Positions 39,567-49,650 of a stretch of DNA of 64,000 nt are shown here, in pieces. Under the pieces are notes generated by a model, which had not been told where the DNA came from, did not search any database, and saw only the letters and a program-made list of their open reading frames with translations. The stretch is taken from the NCBI GenBank assembly GCA_963716395.1, contig OY970309.1, positions 3,104,001-3,168,000 on the forward strand, written 5' to 3'. This stretch comes from an uncultured Fibrobacteria bacterium. GTDB taxonomy: Bacteria > Fibrobacterota > Fibrobacteria > UBA11236. Position numbers and translations under genes: made by a program. Position 1 is the stretch's first letter. Each line of letters begins with the position of its first letter.

Positions 39567-41237
39567 TCAAGGCGCCGTGAACGGGAGCGAGAAAATCCGG
39601 CCCTCCACCGTCAGACGCGCCCAATAGTTTCCGGCCGCCAAACTCGAATTACCTCCGCTTCGCGGCAGCGCCAGGGTTTGGACTCCGGCCGGCGATTGCC
39701 GGCGCAATTCGGCTGCCTTGCGGCCGCCCGCGTCGAAGATATCCAAGGCCAGCGACGCGGCGCGCGGTAGAAAGTAGCGGAAGAGAATTTCCTGTGTTGA
39801 AATCCCGGCCACTCGCAGCCAGGGACTTTGCGCGTCGACCGGGCGCAGGCCGACGGTATTGCTGAAGGCATAGGACACGGGAAAAAAGGCTTGCAACAAC
39901 ACGGCATCGCCCGTTCGATTCGTCATTTCCAGGCGGATGAAGTCGACGCTGTCGGCGGCCAGCAAGCCGCAAAATACGCGTCCGCTTCCGCGGCCCGAGT
40001 CAAAGGGCGCCGGTACGTTCCAGGCGGAAGAATCGGCGGCGCCATGGAAAAACGGCGTGGCCGCGATGAGCACACCTCCGCTTTGGGTGGTGCCGTAGGC
40101 GAAATTCACCGGGATAGAATCAATCAGACGGAAATGTTGGGGAGAAGGTGGCACCTGCACATCGGGGAAGAAGTGAGGCACAAAAGAGTAATGTATCGGT
40201 TGAAAGGTTTGCCACAATACGGTGTCGATGCCCGGCGTGTACAGGAGAATCTCCAAGGAATCCACGGTTGCGGTTCCAGCCAGAACGGTGAAGTTCGCCG
40301 AATCGATGCCGCGGCCCGAGGCCACGATCGGGGAGGCGCTATGGTAACTGTTGGGCGTTTGCGATCCTGCGGTAAAAGGTAAGGCGAGAATGCGCACGCC
40401 ACCCGTATGAAATGCACCGTAGTTTATTTGCAGCGGAACGCTTTCGCCGTTGAGCAAGGTGGAGGAATGCGCCAGGGAAGAGTTTACGCCGAACACCGCG
40501 TATTGCACGGAGGTCAGGTTCACTGGTACGGTGGTTTGGTACAGCAAGGTGTCGCCCGCTTCGTTGAACATCTGCATCAGCACCGAATCCACACGGATGT
40601 CGCCCGCGGTATTGGTGAACGCGGCGCTGTCTTTTCCCACCCCGCCGGAAACCACCGCGCCCCCGATGGCACCCGGCCCCCAACCGACGGGCCCGTACGG
40701 ATGCACATAGCGCTTCACCCCGATGTGGTAGGTTGCGAATTTGTAATGCACGACCATCAGCTCTCCATCCACCAAGGAATCGGGTGACGCCGGCGTGGTG
40801 TACACGCTGTCAAGGTAGTTGGAAAGAAATTGATCCTGAGCGGGTACCGTTGCCTGGAACAATACCGTGTCCGGCACCGTCGGGGTATGCGCTTGAATGC
40901 GGATGGAATCCATGGATCCATCGGGACTGTTGATATCGATGCCGACGACAGCCGTGTCCTGGCCCATGCCGGCGAGATAATTGGCATTGAGACCGGTGAC
41001 TTGTCCACCTGGCGTCTGGGCGTTGTGGGTCAAGGGCGTCACGCTGAGAGCGATGCCACCGGGATGGTCGGTGGAGTAAGCGAAGCTCAGGTGGATTTCG
41101 TCATAGCCTTTGAGCAAGAGCGACGACCTGGGCGACAACGCAATGTTCGAGATGGTTGTAGCCGACCAGTTGCTTTCCATCAAACCGCAAACGACGACGA
41201 AAAAGACCAAGCTCTTTAAGCTCTGGCGCTTCTTCAT
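39567..41237 (-). CDS. Secreted protein with four ~108-aa beta repeats and a C-terminal sorting-like domain
   Basis: Signal peptide; repeated GG.I...PF / G.G.D / VDS / VL.Q...P pattern; tail IFDAGGR...LAAGNYWARL. Confidence 0.8.
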   Translation of the reverse strand: MKKRQSLKSLVFFVVVCGLMESNWSATTISNIALSPRSSLLLKGYDEIHLSFAYSTDHPGGIALSVTPLTHNAQTPGGQVTGLNANYLAGMGQDTAVVGIDINSPDGSMDSIRIQAHTPTVPDTVLFQATVPAQDQFLSNYLDSVYTTPASPDSLVDGELMVVHYKFATYHIGVKRYVHPYGPVGWGPGAIGGAVVSGGVGKDSAAFTNTAGDIRVDSVLMQMFNEAGDTLLYQTTVPVNLTSVQYAVFGVNSSLAHSSTLLNGESVPLQINYGAFHTGGVRILALPFTAGSQTPNSYHSASPIVASGRGIDSANFTVLAGTATVDSLEILLYTPGIDTVLWQTFQPIHYSFVPHFFPDVQVPPSPQHFRLIDSIPVNFAYGTTQSGGVLIAATPFFHGAADSSAWNVPAPFDSGRGSGRVFCGLLAADSVDFIRLEMTNRTGDAVLLQAFFPVSYAFSNTVGLRPVDAQSPWLRVAGISTQEILFRYFLPRAASLALDIFDAGGRKAAELRRQSPAGVQTLALPRSGGNSSLAAGNYWARLTVEGRIFSLPFTAP

Positions 41238-41339
41238 AACGCACTCCTTAACTGAATGAATCGCGGCCTAAAGTTAGATTGATGTTAAATTGAATCGCGA
41301 CACCGATCCGAACGACATTTTTTAGCAATTCATACAATT

Positions 41340-42503
41340 TTGTCCGACGCTGTTTTTTTTTCTCTGGAGAAAACCTCTTCCGCCAGCGAAGCGCGGGCGG
41401 GTTGGTTGCAAACCGCACATGGCCGCATCCCCACCCCGGTGTTCATGCCCGTGGGCACGGCGGGAGCCGTCAAAGCCCTGTCGCCGCGGGCCTTGAATGA
41501 GGCCGGCGCCCGGATCATTTTGGGCAACACCTATCATTTGTATTTGCGCCCGGGTTGCGATCGGATTGCGGCCGCGGGTGGCTTGCACCGTTTCGCCGCC
41601 TGGAACGGAGCGTTGCTCACCGACTCCGGCGGCTTTCAGGTATGGAGTTTGAAAACCCTGCGAAAAATTTCCGAGCAGGGCGTCGAGTTTCGATCCCATA
41701 TCGACGGATCCAAACATCTGTTTACGCCGGAGTCGGTAATGCAAGCCCAACGCCAAATCGGGGCCGATCTCATCATGGCCTTCGACGAGTGCACACCCTA
41801 CCCCGCCACTCCGGAACAAACCCGCACTTCGCTCGGCCTGACGCAGCGCTGGACGAAACGGGCGCTGGGTTGGCTGGCGGATCATCCGTCACTGCACGGT
41901 TACCCCCAACATTTTTACGGCATCGTACAGGGCGGCATGTACTGGGAAGCGCGGCAGGAAGCCATCGCGCATTTGCGCGCGCTGGATCCGCCCGGCTACG
42001 CCATCGGCGGGCTCAGCGTGGGCGAACCAACGGAGAGGATGTACGAGATCGCCGGCTTCTGCGCCCAGCGCTTGCCGGTCGACAAACCGCGTTATGTCAT
42101 GGGCGTGGGTACGCCCGCGAATCTATTAACCCTGATTGGCCTCGGCATCGACCAGTTCGACTGCGTGTTGCCTACCCGCAATGCCCGCAACGGTACTGTG
42201 TTTACCTGGGACGGCCCCTTGCATTACAAGGCCGCGCGGCATGCCGGCGAATTGGATACGCCCTTGGATCCGCGCTGTGCGTGCTACGCCTGTAAAAATT
42301 TTTCCCGCGCCTATTTGCGCCACCTGTTCGTCGCCGGCGAAATTCTGGCCCTGGAATTAGCGTCTTTACATAGTGTCACGTTTTATTGCGAATTAATGGC
42401 CGAAGCGCGGCGGCACATTTTGGCCGGCGATTTTGAAGATTGGAGCCGCGGCCTGCTTACGAAGTGGAATGCGTCCGCCGCGGAAACGGCCGACGGCGGA
42501 TAA
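41340..42503 (+). CDS. tgt: Queuine tRNA-ribosyltransferase
   Basis: TPVFMPVGT, NTYHL, TDSGGFQV, GIVQGG, FDCVLPTR, CACYAC zinc site. Confidence 0.97.
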   Translation: MSDAVFFSLEKTSSASEARAGWLQTAHGRIPTPVFMPVGTAGAVKALSPRALNEAGARIILGNTYHLYLRPGCDRIAAAGGLHRFAAWNGALLTDSGGFQVWSLKTLRKISEQGVEFRSHIDGSKHLFTPESVMQAQRQIGADLIMAFDECTPYPATPEQTRTSLGLTQRWTKRALGWLADHPSLHGYPQHFYGIVQGGMYWEARQEAIAHLRALDPPGYAIGGLSVGEPTERMYEIAGFCAQRLPVDKPRYVMGVGTPANLLTLIGLGIDQFDCVLPTRNARNGTVFTWDGPLHYKAARHAGELDTPLDPRCACYACKNFSRAYLRHLFVAGEILALELASLHSVTFYCELMAEARRHILAGDFEDWSRGLLTKWNASAAETADGG

Positions 42504-42518
42504 AGTCCGAAGACAATA

Positions 42519-43313
42519 TCAAGCGACGCACGGAGCGTCGGTGGTATCCCAACGCCCGAAGCGTTCGTTGGCTTCCAACAGGCCCGGAAACAACCCTTCG
42601 GAAAACTCCAAGGCCCGCAGGCGGCGGGAAGCGTGCAGCAAGGCGCGCTCGACCTCGTCGGGCAATTCCACCTGAAAGTTCCGGTTCCAGGGCGACGCGA
42701 TGGCCGCACCGCGGCAGAAGCGGGGCGCCGAGGCGGAAAAAAACATGCGGCAGGACATGGGTCGATGGGCATAAATGCCGCAGGCTCCGTCGGATTGCAA
42801 AAAAGGACAGGGAGCGCCGCGCACATAATAGCGGTACAGGGCGCGATCATCCGCGGTTTCGGAGTCCACCCGGGCCGCTTCCTCCTGGCGCAGGCGCTGG
42901 AACAATGAGGCCCGTCGGTGAAACCCCAGGATCATGTCGGGATAAGACTCCCGCTGCCGGATGTGCAGATGGATGGCGGCGATCTCGAAAGGTTCGACGC
43001 TGTCGACGAAATGGCGGCAACAGGCGTCACAGCCGCGACCGCAGCGAACTGTGCGCGCGGTGTCGGAGAGATGCGCCGCAACGTAGGCGTCATAGGTTGC
43101 ATACAGCCTGGGCAGATGACGGTCAAGAGCCTGTTGCAACGCTGCATAGTATTCGGCGTCGACAGCGGTCGGCAGCGCACTTAATCCGTTTTCCAGCGTC
43201 CAAACGGCCTCCAGCAGATTTTGCACGGAAAATGCGTCGGTCGGTGTCGCGGAAGCAGGAGAGACCATTTGGGTGGTGGCCGGCGCGCGGTATTGACAGG
43301 TTGGCGATCCCAC
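42519..43313 (-). CDS. YkgJ-family cysteine-cluster protein (start GTG 43313 or ATG 43268)
   Basis: CGRGCDACC, CPFL, CGIYAHRPMSCR. Confidence 0.85.
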   Translation of the reverse strand: MGSPTCQYRAPATTQMVSPASATPTDAFSVQNLLEAVWTLENGLSALPTAVDAEYYAALQQALDRHLPRLYATYDAYVAAHLSDTARTVRCGRGCDACCRHFVDSVEPFEIAAIHLHIRQRESYPDMILGFHRRASLFQRLRQEEAARVDSETADDRALYRYYVRGAPCPFLQSDGACGIYAHRPMSCRMFFSASAPRFCRGAAIASPWNRNFQVELPDEVERALLHASRRLRALEFSEGLFPGLLEANERFGRWDTTDAPCVA

Positions 43314-43350
43314 CTGCAAAATCTAACCACATCTTTCAGGAAGCCCGCCC

Positions 43351-44685
43351 ATGGTGCATCGTCAATGGTTCCGCAGCAGCGCCGCGCTGACTTTGATGAT
43401 TTTTTCCGGATGCAACATTTTCAATCCCTCGGGCTCGGGCGATGCCGGTAACAATTCCGGCGCCAACCTGGACCAAGGCGAAAACTATTTGCGCGCGGAG
43501 GAATACGGGGCGGCCATGAACGCCTATGCCGCCGCCATCCGCGACGACAGCACCAGTTCCCTGGCCTATTACGGATATGCCAAAGCCGTTATCCGCTATT
43601 ACGGCATCAACGCCAGCACCATTCTCGATCAGGTCTCCACGGCCCAGCAGGATTCGATGATCCCCTTTCTGAATACCGACGACACCACCTTGACCCGTTA
43701 CCTGCAAGCTTCATCCCAGGTGCTGTGGGCGCTGAATCAATTGACCGCGCGCGACACACTGACGCAGTGGTACGACTATTTGCTCGACAGCAATGCGGCC
43801 GATGTACAAAGCGATCCGCTGCATGGCACGCGCATCGCCTTCATCCTCGCTTATTTCCAGCAGGCTCAGGATGGCGCACCGGGCTATCGTCCGCGCAGCG
43901 CCTTTCCGCTTTCGGATCGTGCGCTGGACTATCAGAAAATCGTGGCCGATCTCAGCTTCGTGCAGCTCTTGTACTCCATCGTGCGGCTGCGCGATTTGGA
44001 TCAGAACGACACCATCGACAGCCGCGATGATTTGCTGAAGAAGCTGAGCTTCAACATCAAGGACGGCCTGCAGGTGGACAGCCTGCAGAATATCGTCGAT
44101 TCTTTGAACACGCCGCAGAACCGGCAAAACCTGAACAACCTGATCCAAAACGTGGGTTCGGGTTTGACCTCGGCGGGCGCCACCCTCAATTTGCTGACAC
44201 CCATCTTGGGAAACGCCGCCACTGACACCCTGTCGAACCAGCAATTGACCGGCGCCGTGACGCAGAACATCGACAGCGTGGTGCAGAGTTTGGGCAGCGC
44301 CGTGACCTTTTATCAATTCGGAGACGGTATCGACAATGACGGTGACGGCTGTATCGACGAAGAAATCGTGGACGGCCAGGATAATGACGGCGACGGTCTC
44401 ATCGACGAGGATGCCCGGGTACTTCCCATCGACGGGGTCGACAATGATCACAACGGCAAATCGGATTTGGCCGATCCCGGTGAGAACGTCGACTCGACCA
44501 CCCACCTGCTGGGCTTCGTAGCGTCGGCCGGGTTCGTGCAAGGCCCGAAGTACCAGGACAAAGCCTTTCGCGTGCACGTGCAAGCCGACTCGCTCACCAC
44601 CCGTACTTCGCTGACCCCGGCCGAAAAGGCGCTGCTCGACTCGGCCAAAACGCAAATCGGCGGCTGTTGGAACAACTATCCCTGA
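43351..44685 (+). CDS. Lipoprotein with TPR-like N-terminus and DxDxDG Ca-binding repeats
   Basis: Lipobox FSGC; DGIDNDGDGCIDEE, DGQDNDGDGLIDED, DGVDNDHNG. Confidence 0.82.
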   Translation: MVHRQWFRSSAALTLMIFSGCNIFNPSGSGDAGNNSGANLDQGENYLRAEEYGAAMNAYAAAIRDDSTSSLAYYGYAKAVIRYYGINASTILDQVSTAQQDSMIPFLNTDDTTLTRYLQASSQVLWALNQLTARDTLTQWYDYLLDSNAADVQSDPLHGTRIAFILAYFQQAQDGAPGYRPRSAFPLSDRALDYQKIVADLSFVQLLYSIVRLRDLDQNDTIDSRDDLLKKLSFNIKDGLQVDSLQNIVDSLNTPQNRQNLNNLIQNVGSGLTSAGATLNLLTPILGNAATDTLSNQQLTGAVTQNIDSVVQSLGSAVTFYQFGDGIDNDGDGCIDEEIVDGQDNDGDGLIDEDARVLPIDGVDNDHNGKSDLADPGENVDSTTHLLGFVASAGFVQGPKYQDKAFRVHVQADSLTTRTSLTPAEKALLDSAKTQIGGCWNNYP

Positions 44686-44700
44686 CCACGGAGAACACGA

Positions 44701-45915
44701 ATGTCCCGGGCCCGCTTGCACTCATTTTTCCTGGCCGCTCTGGCCGCGTGGGGGGGAGCGAGCACGGCTTCGGCCGCCCCCGGGCCGCAATACGAATCGT
44801 TGCGGCCGCTTTCCATGGGCAACGCCTTTGTAGCCATCGTCGACGACAAAGACGCCATCTACTACAATCCCGCCGGCCTGAACCTCATGGGCCAATTGGG
44901 CAACAAGGACTTGCGTCCCGACATGGCCTTTTATCCCGAAGACAAATTCGACATGCACATGGATTTGGTCGGAACGGCCATTCCCTTCAGCGACGCCCTG
45001 CAAATCCTGCGTTTCTGGGAAGCGCATCAGGCGGCCTTCGGCAACCTCGACAGCTTGCAAAAAGACTCTTCGTTCTCCAGCGATCTTTCGAAATTCGACC
45101 GCCGTCCGGTGCCCATCGGCGTCATGAACGGCGGCGAACTGGCCATACACAACTTCGGCATGGCCTACTGGGCCAATGCCCAAATGGCCCCCTATGCCGA
45201 TGTGGGCGTGCTCCTGCCCCAAGCCGGCTTGGCCTACCTGCAACTCGATGTGGTGGGACAGGTAGCCGGAGCCACGAGTTTTCTCGACCACCGGCTGTCG
45301 GTCGGCGTAGGGTACCGCATGGCCAAACGCGAACGCGTGGGTAACATTCAGGTGGCGGTCACGGATCTGCAAAACCAGGGCCGCCAGCAATTGACCGACG
45401 CCCTGCAGGATACTTTGAACCAAAAACTGAGCCAGTTGACCGACCTCGGTTCCATCGGACACGGAATCGATCTCGGCGCGCTGTGGCAGCAAACCCAATG
45501 GCTGCGCTTCGGCGGCGCGATTCAGAACCTGGGCATGGTGTTGAATCATCAATGGATCACCCCCACCCTTACCGTGGGTTTGGCCATGACGCCGGTGATT
45601 TTTCAGAAGAACACGATCTGGGAGCGCAAGGTCAATTTTGCCTTGGATCTCGAAGATCTGCTGGATGCCGACCGGAATTACAAGCCCCTCAGCAAAATCA
45701 ACGTCGGCGCCGAATGGGAACAAACCTTGATCCCATGGGTGCTGCGGGGGCGCTTGGCCGTGGGCCTCAAAGGCGGCTATATGACGGCGGGCCTGGGCGG
45801 AACCTTATTCAGCATTTTCACCTACGAATTCGCGACCTGGGCCGACGAAGCCGGATATTACACCGGCCAAATCGAAGACCGCTATTACGTCATGAAATTC
45901 GGAGTCGGAATCTAA
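44701..45915 (+). CDS. Outer-membrane beta-barrel, TraF_2/FadL/PorV-like
   Basis: Signal peptide; hatch motif RPLSMGNAFVA...AIYYNPAGL; amphipathic strands; ends FGVGI. Confidence 0.75.
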   Translation: MSRARLHSFFLAALAAWGGASTASAAPGPQYESLRPLSMGNAFVAIVDDKDAIYYNPAGLNLMGQLGNKDLRPDMAFYPEDKFDMHMDLVGTAIPFSDALQILRFWEAHQAAFGNLDSLQKDSSFSSDLSKFDRRPVPIGVMNGGELAIHNFGMAYWANAQMAPYADVGVLLPQAGLAYLQLDVVGQVAGATSFLDHRLSVGVGYRMAKRERVGNIQVAVTDLQNQGRQQLTDALQDTLNQKLSQLTDLGSIGHGIDLGALWQQTQWLRFGGAIQNLGMVLNHQWITPTLTVGLAMTPVIFQKNTIWERKVNFALDLEDLLDADRNYKPLSKINVGAEWEQTLIPWVLRGRLAVGLKGGYMTAGLGGTLFSIFTYEFATWADEAGYYTGQIEDRYYVMKFGVGI

Positions 45916-45945
45916 ACTGCTCCCGCACCTTTTTATTTTCCCAAC

Positions 45946-46479
45946 ATGCAACCGCATCCCGACGCGGGGGAACAACTCGTCCGCGTCAGCGACGACGATA
46001 CCGAGGAACTCGGACCGATGGCACGCGGGTATTGCCATGGCCATCCCGAAATCATCCATCGCGCGGTGCATGTGCTCGTGATCGACGACGCCGGACGCTT
46101 GCTGCTGCAAAAACGATCGGTGCGTAAGGATTTGCAACCGGGCAAATGGGACACCTCGGTGGGCGGCCACGTCGGCTTCGGCCAAAGTTACGAAGAGGCC
46201 GCGCGGCGCGAAGCGGAAGAAGAGTTGGGAGTGCGGTTGGAACCCTTGCAATACCTTTACCCCATGCGCATCCGCAACGCGGTGGAGTCGGAGAATATCC
46301 GCACCTTCCTATGCCGCCATTCCGGCCCCTTCACGGCCAACCCCAACGAGATCGACGGGCTGCGATTCTGGACGCGCGCCGAAATCGCGGCCGCGCTGGG
46401 AACGGGCGTGTTCACGCCCAATTTCGAAGAGGAATTCGCGGCCTTTACGGCCAGTCCGGAGGGGGCGGCGCTATGTTAA
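45946..46479 (+). CDS. Nudix hydrolase (IDI/YfcD-like)
   Basis: HRAVHV, LLLQKRS, GGHV...EEAARREAEEELG Nudix box. Confidence 0.9.
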   Translation: MQPHPDAGEQLVRVSDDDTEELGPMARGYCHGHPEIIHRAVHVLVIDDAGRLLLQKRSVRKDLQPGKWDTSVGGHVGFGQSYEEAARREAEEELGVRLEPLQYLYPMRIRNAVESENIRTFLCRHSGPFTANPNEIDGLRFWTRAEIAAALGTGVFTPNFEEEFAAFTASPEGAALC

Positions 46480-46531
46480 CCGAATCGACGGATAGGGGCG
46501 TTTTCTACCGTGGCGGCACGTCTCGCCCGGG

Positions 46532-47152
46532 TTAATGGGCTTCGATTTCCACCCTGCGGTTTTGGGTGCGGCCCGCCCCGGTGCGATTTGATGCGATGGG
46601 TTGGTTACCCAAGCCTTGCACGGTAAGACGACGGGAATCGACGCCCAGACTTTCCAGATAGGTTTGCACGAAACGAGCCCGCTGAAGGGAGAGGTCCGAG
46701 GGGCCGCGGCTTTCGATATCGTCGATGTACCCGTGAATTTCCAGTTGCGTGCCGGAGTAAAACTTCAACGCCGCGGCTAGGCTATCGAGCGTTGCGGTCG
46801 ATTCGGGACGCACCTGGCCGGAATCGAAGTGCAAGCCCGGAATCACCCCGTCGCGGACGGGATCGGGGCGCTGATCCGGACAGCCGTCTTCATCCTGATA
46901 GAAGTTGTAAATCTCCGGTTCGTCCGGACATTTGTCCAGCGAGTCGGGAATGCCGTCGCCGTCGCGATCCTGCGGCCGGCAAGGCGGTCCATGGTGCAAA
47001 GCGGTGTCGGGACAAGCCGGGCGGGCAACCGGCTTCGCGGCCGCCGCCGCGGTGGAATCGGGCATTTCGGCCGTCAAACCCGGACCGGCGGTGCTCACCG
47101 ATAATATCAACAGCAACACGGCGGCTTCCACCATGACGCGTGGTCGGTGCAT
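46532..47152 (-). CDS. OmpA-family protein with TSP3-like Ca-binding repeat
   Basis: Hydrophobic N-terminus; DRDGDGIPDSLDKCP...DEDGCPD; LSLQRA, NRRVEI. Confidence 0.85.
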   Translation of the reverse strand: MHRPRVMVEAAVLLLILSVSTAGPGLTAEMPDSTAAAAAKPVARPACPDTALHHGPPCRPQDRDGDGIPDSLDKCPDEPEIYNFYQDEDGCPDQRPDPVRDGVIPGLHFDSGQVRPESTATLDSLAAALKFYSGTQLEIHGYIDDIESRGPSDLSLQRARFVQTYLESLGVDSRRLTVQGLGNQPIASNRTGAGRTQNRRVEIEAH

Positions 47153-47224
47153 GATGGAGCAAATTATAGGGTTCGAGCGCTGGGAAAACAACCGTCGCAC
47201 CGGCGCGCCGGTTACATTTCCGGT

Positions 47225-47929
47225 ATGTCCGTACGGGCTCTGCATTTCGCCGAAACCCCCTCCACCATGGATGCCGCGCGGGCCGAAGCCGGCGACTGCG
47301 ATTTCCTGCTGGTGACGGCGGAGCGCCAGAGCAAGGGGCGCGGCACCAAGGGCCGTCCCTGGTTGAGCCCGACGGGTAACCTCTATATGACTCTGGCGGT
47401 GGCGCGACGCCTGCTGCCTCCGCCGCGTCTGCGGATTCTTCCGCTCGAAGCCGGTTTGTGGCTGTGGGAATGCGTGGCCGAGGCGCTGGCACCGCCGCTG
47501 CGCCTGCAATTGCGCCTGAAATGGCCCAACGATTTGTTGTGGAAGGGCCGCAAGGCGGCGGGCATGCTGATGGAGTCCGCCGGCGCGCATGTGTTGCTGG
47601 GGGTGGGGATCAATCTCGAAACCGCGCCCCGGGTCGACGACGGCGGCACGCCCAGCAAGCGTTTGTTGGAAGCCGGATTGGGCGCCGAACAGGGATTGCC
47701 CTTGGCCCGGCATTTCATGCGTCTCGCCCAGCAACGGCTGGAGCTTCCGTCCCCGGAGGATGTGGTCGCGGCGTGGTGCGCCAAGGCTCGTTGGAATACG
47801 CCATTCCGGCTGCGCGATCGGCCGCAGCGGCCGCAGGTGATGCCGCTGGAGTTGAACCACGACGGCCATTTGCGGGTGCGCTTCGAAGATGGCCGCGAAG
47901 AATGGCTGGTGTCCGAATACCTGGCGTGA
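47225..47929 (+). CDS. birA: Biotin-[acetyl-CoA-carboxylase] ligase (no HTH)
   Basis: STMD, QSKGRGTKGRPW, KWPND, KAAGML, GVGIN. Confidence 0.92.
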   Translation: MSVRALHFAETPSTMDAARAEAGDCDFLLVTAERQSKGRGTKGRPWLSPTGNLYMTLAVARRLLPPPRLRILPLEAGLWLWECVAEALAPPLRLQLRLKWPNDLLWKGRKAAGMLMESAGAHVLLGVGINLETAPRVDDGGTPSKRLLEAGLGAEQGLPLARHFMRLAQQRLELPSPEDVVAAWCAKARWNTPFRLRDRPQRPQVMPLELNHDGHLRVRFEDGREEWLVSEYLA

Positions 47930-48128
47930 TGCACGGTGCTCATTCACAATCCATGTTGATTGTCGTCAATTCTCGCGGCACCCCGACGCGGCATTGGGTC
48001 CAAATCCGTTAAACTGCGGCATTTTTCAAATCCTCACTTTCGGCGCTATTTATCCGAAAAATCGGCGGCGCGAAATTTCCGTCACACATACTCTTGGAGC
48101 ATGAACTCCAGCGACCGGAAGGGCGAGA

Positions 48129-49100
48129 ATGAGCGTTAGCAACGTTCTTGCTCCGCTCGCTGCCTTTGCGTTCTTGAGCGTTATGCCAGCTGGTGCCGCC
48201 GACACCTGTTCGGTCGGGACTCCCTTAACCGGCGGCACGCCGCAGTGTTCCTCCAACGCCTCGGGCCCCGTGGGTAGCTTCACCTGGACGATCTGGTCCA
48301 GCGGTAGCGGGGGGTGCATGACCCCTTACGGTGTCGGCGCCGCATTCAAAGCCAATTGGAACAATGCGGGGGATTTTCTGGCCCGTGAGGGATTCCAATG
48401 GAACGAAACCAAAACCTATGCTCAATACGGAACAATTTCCGCCAGCTATGCCTACACAAAAACCGGCAGCGCCGGCGGCTACTCCTTTATCGGAATCTAC
48501 GGGTGGTCGAATAATCCATTGGTCGAATTCTATATCGTGGACGACTGGTACGGTTCCGGATCTCCTCCGACCGGCGGCGGCACCCTCAAGGGATCCATCA
48601 CCGCGGATGGGGGCACTTACAAAATCTATACGCACACCCAAGTCAATCAACCTTCCATTCACGGCACGGCGACCTTTCCGCAATTTTTCAGTGTCCGGCA
48701 GACGCAGCGTCAGTGCGGGCAAATATCCCTGACCCAGCACTTCAGGGCATGGGACAGCTTAGGCATGACGCTGGGAAAAATGTCCGAGGCCAAGCTGGTG
48801 GTGGAAGTAGGCGGTGGAATCGGGAGCATCGATTTCACCGCAGGAAACATGGTGGCCGGCACAACGCCGGTGGTGCGAATTCCCGGCCTTTCTTCCGAGC
48901 GCGGCCTGTTTTCAGCTGTCGGGAATAGCCGCGGCGTGCTTACGCTTTTTTCCTTGACCGGCACAAGAATCTGGTCGGTGCGGCAAAACGGCTTTTCCCC
49001 GGCGCAAGTCCCCGGCGACAATCTGGAAAAGGGGTTGTATATCCTGCAATTCCAGGGCGACAAAATATCGGTGACGCGCACACTCTATCTCAACGAATAG
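48129..49100 (+). CDS. GH11 endo-1,4-beta-xylanase with T9SS-like C-terminal domain
   Basis: YGW..NPLVEFYIVDDW nucleophile motif, QPSI.GT.TF.QFFSVR, second Glu in LVVEV; tail LFSLTG...LEKGLYILQ. Confidence 0.93.
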   Translation: MSVSNVLAPLAAFAFLSVMPAGAADTCSVGTPLTGGTPQCSSNASGPVGSFTWTIWSSGSGGCMTPYGVGAAFKANWNNAGDFLAREGFQWNETKTYAQYGTISASYAYTKTGSAGGYSFIGIYGWSNNPLVEFYIVDDWYGSGSPPTGGGTLKGSITADGGTYKIYTHTQVNQPSIHGTATFPQFFSVRQTQRQCGQISLTQHFRAWDSLGMTLGKMSEAKLVVEVGGGIGSIDFTAGNMVAGTTPVVRIPGLSSERGLFSAVGNSRGVLTLFSLTGTRIWSVRQNGFSPAQVPGDNLEKGLYILQFQGDKISVTRTLYLNE

Positions 49101-49206
49101 CGGGGGCACGCAGGACCATTCCGGTCCGGTGTATTTACACTAAACGTGTGCCGACAAGGTGCGCGAAGAAAGGCCGGCTTCACATACCGGACGTGAAGCG
49201 AGTCGC

Positions 49207-49626
49207 TTAGACTTCGGTAACTTCCGTCACGGTTTCGATGCGGATTTTCGGATCCAGCGATGCGGCCACTGAACAGTATTTCTCCAGGCTGAGCTTGACG
49301 GCCCGATCGAGCTTGGCCTTTTCGACGCTGCGGCCGCGCACGGTGAAGCGCAGGCGAATGTGTTCGAAGGGCGAAGGCTCGCCCGGGCGGCGGTCGCCGT
49401 CGATCTCGACGTCGAGGGTGTCGAAATCGACGCGCGATTTTTTGAGGATGTTGATCACGTCGATGCCTGAGCAGCCGCCCAGCGCGGCCAAGAGTACCTG
49501 CATGGGCCGCATTCCCGATTCGTCACCGCCGATGGTTTTTGAAGCGCCGATGGAAAAGGCGTAGCCGTTGTCGGGGTTTTTGCTTTCAATATGGAAATCC
49601 GGGGTGGCGCGCAATTGGATTTTCAT
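49207..49626 (-). CDS. OsmC-family protein
   Basis: GMRPMQVLLAALGGCSGIDV...KYCSV. Confidence 0.92.
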   Translation of the reverse strand: MKIQLRATPDFHIESKNPDNGYAFSIGASKTIGGDESGMRPMQVLLAALGGCSGIDVINILKKSRVDFDTLDVEIDGDRRPGEPSPFEHIRLRFTVRGRSVEKAKLDRAVKLSLEKYCSVAASLDPKIRIETVTEVTEV

Positions 49627-49650
49627 GGGTTCCTTGCTGTGTGGTTTTCC

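Noticed and set aside
44701-45915. Conjugative element, suggested by TraF-like similarity
   Set aside because: No relaxase, VirB4, coupling protein or other tra genes; housekeeping context
46532-47947. 471-aa extended OmpA ORF
   Set aside because: The N-terminal 265 aa are antisense to birA; a signal-like segment begins at 47152/47134
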